A stretch of DNA of 23,100 bases from a bacterium (GTDB taxonomy: Bacteria > Arandabacterota > Arandabacteria > Arandabacterales > JALGWA01): contig JASFEA010000037.1 of the NCBI GenBank assembly GCA_050125095.1, positions 1-23,100 on the forward strand, read 5' to 3'. The translations under genes were made by a program, and so were the position numbers. The notes under the pieces were generated by a model that saw nothing but the letters and a program-made list of their open reading frames with translations, ran no database searches and was not told the DNA's origin. How positions within the stretch are numbered: the stretch's first letter is position 1; the number at the start of each line of letters is the position of its first letter. Below, piece after piece: positions 17,082 to 23,100 of the stretch.

Positions 17082-19826
17082 ATGGAACGCGGAATCACAG
17101 TCAAAGGCGCCCGGCAACATAATCTCAAGAACATCGACGTCTTCATTCCATACAAGAGCCTAACGGTTGTCACCGGGGTGAGCGGTTCCGGCAAATCCAG
17201 TCTCGCTTTCGACACCATATATGCGGAGGGCCAGCGGCGTTACGTGGAATCGCTGTCGACCTACGCCCGGCAGTTCCTCGAGCGCGTGTCGCGCCCCGAT
17301 ATCGACGACATCAAGGGCATATTGCCGGCGGTCGCCGTCGAGCAGGCCAATCCAACCAAGACCTCGCGCTCGACCGTTGGCACGGCCACCGAGATTTACG
17401 ATCTCCTCAGGCTTCTCTACGCGCGCGTCGGCACCATTTACTGCGAGGACTGCAACGTCCCCGTTGAGAGAACAGGCACGCAGATGGGTACGGACTATGT
17501 CTTCACGCTGGGCGAGGGCAAGCGCGTGATGATCGGTTTCCCCCTCACGGTGTCGGTGCCGGCTGAGATCAAGAAACGGCTCATGTTCCAGGGATTCGCG
17601 CGCATACTCCAGAAGGGTGACGTGAAAGAGGTCTCCAACCTCGAAGCCGGCGACATACATAAGGACGAGACGGTAGATGTGATTGTCGACCGGGTGAGCA
17701 TAAGCCCGTCTGCCAGGGGGCGAGTGGCCGAGGCCCTCGACCTTTCCTTCTCGATGAGCTCCAGCGACGAGGTGCACATAGTCCGGGAGGACGGCGAGAT
17801 GTACAAGGTCTTCCGCGGGCTACGCTGCCCCGAGTGCGGCAGGCGTTATGAGAACCTGTCGCCGCTGCTCTTCTCATTCAACAGCCCTTACGGGGCCTGC
17901 CCCGAGTGCCGGGGATTCGGCAACAAGCTCACGCTGGACCTCAACCTCATCATACCCAATCGCGACCGGACGCTTGCGGGCGACGCCATAGAGCCATGGT
18001 CCAAGAAGCAATTTAACTACTGGAAGAGGTGGATGCTCCGGGTATGCGACAAGGAGGGCATCCCCGCGAACGTCGCCTTCACGCGGCTCTCCGAAGAGCA
18101 TCAGGATATCATACTTCACGGCAAGGGGAGGTTCCCGGGCGTCATAGGATTCCTTGAGCGCCTGAGGAAGAAGGGTTACAAGGCCTACGCCAAGTTCTTC
18201 GTAAGGCGCTACCTCTCGCTTGAAGACTGCCCCGCGTGCAGGGGCACGCGCCTCAAGCCCGAGGCTCTTAACGTGAAACTCGGCGACCTCAATATCGCGG
18301 AGCTCTCGTCCCTGGACATCGGAAAGGCCAGGGCCTTCTTCGAGGCTCTCGAACTCACCGAGAGCCAGAAGACCGTCGCGGCAGATATACTCGGCGAGCT
18401 CGACTCGCGCTTCGCCTATCTCATGGACGTGGGGCTGGATTATCTCACGCTCGACCGCCAGTCCAAGACGCTCTCGGGGGGAGAGGCGCAGCGCATCAAC
18501 CTCTCGACGGCGCTCGGCGCCGGGCTCACAGGCACTCTCTATGTCCTGGACGAGCCCACCATCGGCCTCCATGCAAGGGACACCGACCGCCTGCTCGGGG
18601 TCTTGAAGAAGCTCCGCTCAAGGGGGAACACCGTGCTGGTGGTCGAGCACGACCCGCGCGTTATCCTTGGGAGCGACCACGTCATCGACCTGGGCCCGGG
18701 CGCGGGTGCCCATGGCGGGGAGATACTGTTTAAAGGAAAGCCCTCGGCCCTAAGGCGGGACAGGAAGTCCATAACCGCGAAGTACCTCTCGGGCAAAGCC
18801 AAAATAGAATGCGACCTGCCGTCGGAGGCCGACATCAGGGACAACATCACCGTACTGGCGGCAGCGGAGCACAATCTCAAGCAAATAGACGTTCGCATAC
18901 CGCTTTACAGTTTCGTGTGCGTTACGGGCGTGTCGGGCTCAGGCAAGAGTTCGCTCGTAGAGGACATTATCTACAATGCCGTGAGGTCCCGAACCTCGGC
19001 GGTGGAACATGTCGGAGCCCATGAGAAGATAGAGGGTATAGAGAAGATAAGGGACGTAGTGCTCGTGGACCAGTCCCCCATAGGTAAGACCCCGAGGTCC
19101 AATCCCATCACATACGTTAAGGGCTTCGACGCAATCCGCTCGGCGTTCGCCCAGACAAGGGCCGCCAAGCGCCGCGGCTACACCAGGTCCCACTTCTCGT
19201 TTAACGTGCAGGGCGGCCGATGCGAGATGTGCAAAGGCGAAGGCTCGAACAAGATAGAGATGCACTTCCTCGCCGACATCTACGTCCCCTGCGAGGAGTG
19301 CTTCGGGAGGCGCTATAAGAAAGAGATCCTCGAGGTCTATTACAACGGAAAGAACATCAGCGATGTTCTCAACATGACCGTTGATGAGGCTCTATACTTC
19401 TTCCGGCACGAGCGGGCAGCCCTTCCGGCGCTGAAGCTCCTCAAGGACGTGGGGCTCGGCTACATAACCCTGGGCCAGCCCGCCAACACGCTCTCGGGCG
19501 GCGAGTCGCAGCGCCTCAAGATAGCCCGCGAGATCGGGCGCGCCGACGGGAGCCGGGTGCTCTATCTCATGGACGAGCCCACGACCGGGCTCCATCTAGA
19601 CGACATCGCCAACCTCGTGAACATCATCCGCAAGCTCGTCCGGAACGGCAACACCGTAGTCGTCATTGAGCACAACCTCGAAGTCATCAAATGCGCCGAC
19701 TACATCATCGACCTGGGACCCGAGGGAGGGGACAAGGGAGGCTATATAGTCGCCGAGGGCCCGCCCGAGAGGGTCGCCCGCTTTAAACGCTCCCACACCG
19801 GCCGCCTCCTCCGCAGCGCCAAATAG
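17082..19826 (+). CDS. uvrA: Excinuclease ABC subunit UvrA
   Basis: 'GARQHNLKNI', two Walker A 'TGVSGSGKSSL', 'EGQRRYVESLS', 'FSFNSPYGACPEC', 'TLSGGEAQRI', 'QSPIGKTPRSNP', 'TLSGGESQRLK', 'DLGPEGG'. Confidence 0.96.
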   Translation: MERGITVKGARQHNLKNIDVFIPYKSLTVVTGVSGSGKSSLAFDTIYAEGQRRYVESLSTYARQFLERVSRPDIDDIKGILPAVAVEQANPTKTSRSTVGTATEIYDLLRLLYARVGTIYCEDCNVPVERTGTQMGTDYVFTLGEGKRVMIGFPLTVSVPAEIKKRLMFQGFARILQKGDVKEVSNLEAGDIHKDETVDVIVDRVSISPSARGRVAEALDLSFSMSSSDEVHIVREDGEMYKVFRGLRCPECGRRYENLSPLLFSFNSPYGACPECRGFGNKLTLDLNLIIPNRDRTLAGDAIEPWSKKQFNYWKRWMLRVCDKEGIPANVAFTRLSEEHQDIILHGKGRFPGVIGFLERLRKKGYKAYAKFFVRRYLSLEDCPACRGTRLKPEALNVKLGDLNIAELSSLDIGKARAFFEALELTESQKTVAADILGELDSRFAYLMDVGLDYLTLDRQSKTLSGGEAQRINLSTALGAGLTGTLYVLDEPTIGLHARDTDRLLGVLKKLRSRGNTVLVVEHDPRVILGSDHVIDLGPGAGAHGGEILFKGKPSALRRDRKSITAKYLSGKAKIECDLPSEADIRDNITVLAAAEHNLKQIDVRIPLYSFVCVTGVSGSGKSSLVEDIIYNAVRSRTSAVEHVGAHEKIEGIEKIRDVVLVDQSPIGKTPRSNPITYVKGFDAIRSAFAQTRAAKRRGYTRSHFSFNVQGGRCEMCKGEGSNKIEMHFLADIYVPCEECFGRRYKKEILEVYYNGKNISDVLNMTVDEALYFFRHERAALPALKLLKDVGLGYITLGQPANTLSGGESQRLKIAREIGRADGSRVLYLMDEPTTGLHLDDIANLVNIIRKLVRNGNTVVVIEHNLEVIKCADYIIDLGPEGGDKGGYIVAEGPPERVARFKRSHTGRLLRSAK

Positions 19827-19839
19827 GGGTCATCAAGTA

Positions 19840-19892
19840 GGGGTCAGGTCTCAGAATGCACATCCTCCCGGGGTCAGGTCTTGAAATGCACA
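19840..19892. repeat. 23-bp direct repeat x2 (REP-like)
   Basis: GGGGTCAGGTCTCAGAATGCACA (19840-19862) and GGGGTCAGGTCTTGAAATGCACA (19870-19892), 30-bp period; a partial TAGGGGTCA copy overlaps the uvrA stop codon. Confidence 0.75.
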
Positions 19893-19934
19893 GTCTGCAA
19901 TGCCCCTTCTCAGCGGGCCTTGCGCCCTTTCGTC

Positions 19935-19963
19935 TTGACTGGGCATGGTCGGTTTGTTAATGT
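19935..19963 (+). promoter_or_regulatory. Sigma70-type promoter for tRNA-Trp
   Basis: TTGACT-N17-TAATGT with an extended -10 TG. Confidence 0.6.
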
Positions 19964-20015
19964 CCCTACGCAGTAAGCCGAAATAGACAATAATGCAATC
20001 CAAGTAAATCCAGGT

Positions 20016-20092
20016 AGGCGTGTAGCTCAACTGGCTAGAGCACCGGTCTCCAAAACCGGGGGTTGCGGGTTCAAGTCCTGCCACGCCTGCCA
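20016..20092 (+). tRNA. tRNA-Trp (anticodon CCA)
   Basis: Acceptor stem AGGCGTG/CACGCCT, D arm GCTC..GAGC, anticodon arm CCGGT-CTCCAAA-ACCGG, T loop GGTTCAAGTCC, encoded 3' CCA. Confidence 0.97.
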
Positions 20093-20132
20093 TTCCAACC
20101 GCGCTTGGCTTTCCGCTTCATCTCCCTACGGG

Positions 20133-20176
20133 CCTGTGCTATAATAGGGATCAAGGAGGTGCGAGATGTCAGGACG
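20133..20176 (+). promoter_or_regulatory. Extended -10 promoter + RBS + start block, copy 1
   Basis: CCTGTGCTATAAT-N8-AGGAGGTGCGAG-ATGTCAGGACG. Confidence 0.8.
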
Positions 20177-20723
20177 GTCATACCTGCTGACGGCAGTACT
20201 TGTGTTCATCTGCATTGTCATGGCATGTGGCAGCGATGACCCCGTTACTGGGCCGGGGCCGCCGAAAATAAACGATAACCTAGATTTCACGCGTCAGGAC
20301 GAAACACCTATGAATACGGGAACGGATTACTGGTTTGCCTGTGGGGCTCGGGAAGCCGGTTACGACGATACCTTCGTCCTGAAAGTCCTCTGCTTCGGCG
20401 AGTCGCTCGAAGAGTCATTCTGGACGCTCGATATAGTCGTAGATGACGTTGAGATCGACACTTCTTACACATTTCCCACAGGTGAGGCCAATCCGGCGTG
20501 GTTCTTCATAGTCGATGGGTCAACCTCGAATGAGCTCAACAGCTACACACAGGAATCCTCCGGCACCATAACGTTTACTTTGCTGGACTGCGGCCCACCG
20601 CTAAGAGTCGACTTCACCGTTGACTGTACGGTCGGGAGTGAGTACTGGGATGCACCATCGGTGGATGTGTCTGGCGACTTCAGCTGCACAGTGTACTCCA
20701 CTCAGTTACCCCCCTGGCTGTGA
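20166..20723 (+). CDS. Hypothetical lipoprotein
   Basis: Strong RBS; hydrophobic leader ending in the lipobox-like VMA-C followed by the linker GSDDPVTGPGPP; acidic mature part that looks beta-rich. Confidence 0.75.
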   Translation: MSGRSYLLTAVLVFICIVMACGSDDPVTGPGPPKINDNLDFTRQDETPMNTGTDYWFACGAREAGYDDTFVLKVLCFGESLEESFWTLDIVVDDVEIDTSYTFPTGEANPAWFFIVDGSTSNELNSYTQESSGTITFTLLDCGPPLRVDFTVDCTVGSEYWDAPSVDVSGDFSCTVYSTQLPPWL

Positions 20724-20746
20724 TTTCTTCTGTAAGCCGGCTAAGA

Positions 20747-20790
20747 CCTGTGCTATAATCAGCTCGGAGGAGGTGCGAGATGTCGGGACG
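20747..20790 (+). promoter_or_regulatory. Extended -10 promoter + RBS + start block, copy 2
   Basis: CCTGTGCTATAAT-N8-AGGAGGTGCGAG-ATGTCGGGACG. Confidence 0.8.
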
Positions 20791-22015
20791 CCTGCATTTA
20801 CCATTACTGCTGATATTACTCGCTTTGCCTATGGGGCTTGATGCAAGAACGTGGTATATCGAACCCGGGGGAACCGGCGACGCCCCCACCATTCAGGCCG
20901 GAATCGACTCGGCTGCTGCTGCGGACACCGTACTGCTTGCGAGCGGCACCTTCTCAGGAACGGGTAACGAGATACTCGACTATTGCGGCAAGGCAATCAC
21001 CGTATGCTCGGAGACGGGCGATCCGGAGGATTGCGTTATCGACTGCGTGGGGTATGGCGGGCATATCGAGTTCATGACAGGAGAGGGACCGGGCTCCATT
21101 CTCGACGGCATAACGTTCAGGCATGGCCGGTGTGCTGTTCAGTGCGATCAGTCCACCCCCACGATCAGGAACTGCATTTTCGAGGAGAACAGCCACAGCT
21201 CCCTGGCCGGGGGATTTCTCTACTCTATGGCAGGCGGGATTCTTCGCGGCTGTCTGGTGCGGTCGAATACGGGGTATTACACTGGCGGAATACTCTGCTT
21301 CGATGGATGCTACTCCCCCGACCTCAGGATTGTGGACTGCGTGTTTGAGGGCAATCACCCGGGCGCCATGTCTTGCGAAGGTCACGGATTCGCCATACAT
21401 GTCGACAGTTGCGTGTTTCACGATAACTACTCCGCTTCCGGACCGGGAGCCGTCAGCGTATGCTGCGCCGACTGTGGAGGCGACGAGGTCGTTTTCGCCG
21501 ACTGCACGTTCTGGGGAAACTCGGGTGGCGCTGGTGGGGCCGTCGGCATAGGTTACGCCAGGGCGGACTTCGCCCGCTGCACCTTCTTCGGCAACTCCGC
21601 GGATGTGGGAAGCGCAATAGATGTCGGGGAGGGCGGCGTTTCCTGGCTCTACCGATGCATTATCGCGTATAATCAGGGTGGAGAGGCCATTGCCGCGCCG
21701 GGCCCGGAATTCTGTCCCGTCTTCCCGCACTGCACGGACATTTACGGCAATGAAGGCGGGGACTGGGTGGGCGGCATATCCGAGTGGTTCGGGGTGAACG
21801 GCAATTTCTCAGCCTGCCCGTCTTTCTGCAACGCCGATGTCGAACCCTATGACTTCAGGCTCTGCGATACCTCCCCGTGCGCGCCGGGGAATCACCCCGA
21901 CGGCGCTGACTGCGGCCTCATCGGGGCCTGGCCCGTGGGGTGCACCTGTGAGCCTTCGAGCGTAGAGCCTGCATCGTCATCCACGTGGGGCGCGATAAAG
22001 GGCATGTACAGGTAG
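20780..22015 (+). CDS. Secreted right-handed parallel beta-helix repeat protein with C-terminal TWGxIK motif
   Basis: Signal peptide; 'GTGDAPTIQAGIDSA...DTVLLASGTF'; repeats 'IRNCIFEEN', 'IVDCVFEGN', 'VDSCVFHDN', 'FADCTFWGN', 'FARCTFFGN' with GGA spacers; 'GNFSACPSFC', 'SPC', 'LIGAWPVGC'; ends 'SSTWGAIKGMYR'. Confidence 0.85.
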   Translation: MSGRLHLPLLLILLALPMGLDARTWYIEPGGTGDAPTIQAGIDSAAAADTVLLASGTFSGTGNEILDYCGKAITVCSETGDPEDCVIDCVGYGGHIEFMTGEGPGSILDGITFRHGRCAVQCDQSTPTIRNCIFEENSHSSLAGGFLYSMAGGILRGCLVRSNTGYYTGGILCFDGCYSPDLRIVDCVFEGNHPGAMSCEGHGFAIHVDSCVFHDNYSASGPGAVSVCCADCGGDEVVFADCTFWGNSGGAGGAVGIGYARADFARCTFFGNSADVGSAIDVGEGGVSWLYRCIIAYNQGGEAIAAPGPEFCPVFPHCTDIYGNEGGDWVGGISEWFGVNGNFSACPSFCNADVEPYDFRLCDTSPCAPGNHPDGADCGLIGAWPVGCTCEPSSVEPASSSTWGAIKGMYR

Positions 22016-22200
22016 CAAAGGGTGCGCCGTGAACGCAGGCGCAGACACTCTCAGGATGGCGAGCAAATCCCTCCAGCAGGATTCTCCTTGACTTAGGCCC
22101 GCGACATGCGTCACACTTGTATTAAGAGAGGGCTACGAGAATTACCCTCCCTGCGAGAAGTCGTTTTTGCGAGTAAACGGCAAGGGAGGAGGTGAGAACC

Positions 22201-22749
22201 TTGCGTAAGGCTATAGCCTTGGGCTCCGTTTTTGTTCTGCTTGTGCTGGTTTCGGTCTGTCTCCACGCGCCCGAGTCGGACGCGCCGGACGGGTCTCCGG
22301 CATTCCGGTCGATGCTGAATCAGGCGATTGACCGTCTCGAGAAGACGTCTCAGCGCATCACGGCCGCTACCGTTCCGGTGGCGCATGCATTGACCCCGAC
22401 GGTCGATGAGTACACCTGCTCGGGATTCCGGACATGCGACGCGATGCAGACATGCGACGGCACTATCACATGTGACGGCGAGATTACTTGCTGGGCGTCC
22501 ACCTGCCTGGAGAATACGACTTGCCAGACCACATGCGAGCTCTATACCAGGGACCAGAGCGAGACATGCGAAGGCGGCCCGACTTGTGAAGAGGCGTGCC
22601 CGGGATGGCCGACCTATTTTCCGGGATTACAGACATGTGACGGTGCTCCCACATGCGAACTGACCTGTCCGGGTTTCATTACCTGTTCGGGCTGTGTGGC
22701 AACCGAGCGCACTACCTGGGGCTCGATTAAGGCGGATTTCGCGCACTAA
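22201..22749 (+). CDS. Secreted Thr-Cys repeat protein with C-terminal TWGxIK motif
   Basis: Hydrophobic N-terminal leader, 14 TC dipeptides with mostly 4-6 aa period, ends 'TERTTWGSIKADFAH'. TTG 22201 is better spaced from GGAGGT (22188-22193) than GTG 22192. Confidence 0.8.
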   Translation: MRKAIALGSVFVLLVLVSVCLHAPESDAPDGSPAFRSMLNQAIDRLEKTSQRITAATVPVAHALTPTVDEYTCSGFRTCDAMQTCDGTITCDGEITCWASTCLENTTCQTTCELYTRDQSETCEGGPTCEEACPGWPTYFPGLQTCDGAPTCELTCPGFITCSGCVATERTTWGSIKADFAH

Positions 22750-22773
22750 ACTCGGAGATGTGGTTGCCTCAAA

Positions 22774-22798
22774 GATTGCCCGTGCCTGGCGGGCAATC
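22774..22798. terminator. Hairpin between convergent genes
   Basis: GATTGCCCG/CGGGCAATC, a 9-bp perfect stem followed by TTT on the minus strand. Confidence 0.55.
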
Positions 22799-22883
22799 AG
22801 CCGGGGTAGCTATGCGGTATATCCGGACGCTCCGGGACTCCCCTTAAGACGCAATCCTCCCGACTGAACCAGTCTGCCGCCGT

Positions 22884-23099
22884 CTACTTCAGCAATACCA
22901 TCTTCCTTGCCAGTACCGTCCCGGCGGTCTCAAGCCGGCAAAGGTAGATGCCCGGAGCGACATGGTTGCCGCCGGAGTCGGTACCGTCCCATCTCACGTT
23001 ATGGGTTCCGGCCTCCACCTTTCCGGATACAAGAGTCAGCACCAGCCGCCCTTCGACGTCATAGACCTTGAGCGAGACGGGGGCGTCGCTGCCGATGGA
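22884..23099 (-). CDS. C-terminal FlgD-Ig/T9SS type A sorting-like domain of a secreted protein (5' partial; absent from the ORF track)
   Basis: Minus-strand translation: SIGSDAPVSLKVYDVEGRLVLTLVSGKVEAGTHNVRWDGTDSGGNHVAPGIYLCRLETAGTVLARKMVLLK*, with the typical 'VYDVxGRLV', 'WDGTD', 'GIY' and 'KMVLLK' motifs. Confidence 0.9.
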   Translation of the reverse strand, partial: SIGSDAPVSLKVYDVEGRLVLTLVSGKVEAGTHNVRWDGTDSGGNHVAPGIYLCRLETAGTVLARKMVLLK

Positions 23100-23100
23100 A

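Noticed and set aside
19840-19892. Possible mini-CRISPR
   Set aside because: Only two 23-bp repeats separated by 7 nt, far too short for a spacer.
19851-20093. 80-aa minus-strand ORF (MAGVAGLEPATPGFGDRCS...)
   Set aside because: It is the antisense translation of tRNA-Trp, a common spurious ORF.
11427-22749. amrS radical SAM enzyme as maturase of the TC-repeat protein
   Set aside because: The genes are about 10 kb apart with unrelated genes between, and the enzyme is AmmeMemoRadiSam type with no SPASM or RRE domain.
20016-23100. Integrated element at tRNA-Trp
   Set aside because: No integrase and no duplicated tRNA 3' end were seen within the window. It cannot be excluded beyond the window edge.

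Overview
GC-rich bacterial chromosomal window. The FlgD/T9SS-like C-terminal domain and the 'TWGxIK' C-terminal motifs suggest an uncultured FCB-group lineage such as Eisenbacteria, Krumholzibacteria or Latescibacteria (inference only). Most genes are housekeeping or accessory genes on the + strand: a Na/Pi-cotransporter/PhoU-domain 3' fragment, ktrA/trkA, asnS, pyruvoyl-dependent arginine decarboxylase, ktrB/trkH, a DksA/TraR protein with a long basic tail, an AmmeMemoRadiSam radical SAM enzyme with a Tat signal, moeA, mog, recD2, uvrA and tRNA-Trp. Hsp20 is on the - strand. The most interesting block is 6600-11370: a small secreted peptide gene, a 1015-aa TPR-GAF-sigma54 activator without a receiver domain, then candidate enhancer sites, an IHF-like site and a sigma54 promoter in front of a short RpoD-family sigma factor. 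This could be a peptide-sensing sigma54-to-sigma70 cascade. Also notable are an unusually short (about 128 nt) 6S-like RNA, a 44-bp promoter/RBS/start block duplicated in front of two unrelated exported proteins, and a secreted protein with 14 Thr-Cys repeats that shares a C-terminal TWGxIK tag with its neighbour. No CRISPR array or transposase was seen. All calls are from reading the sequence; no database searches were run.
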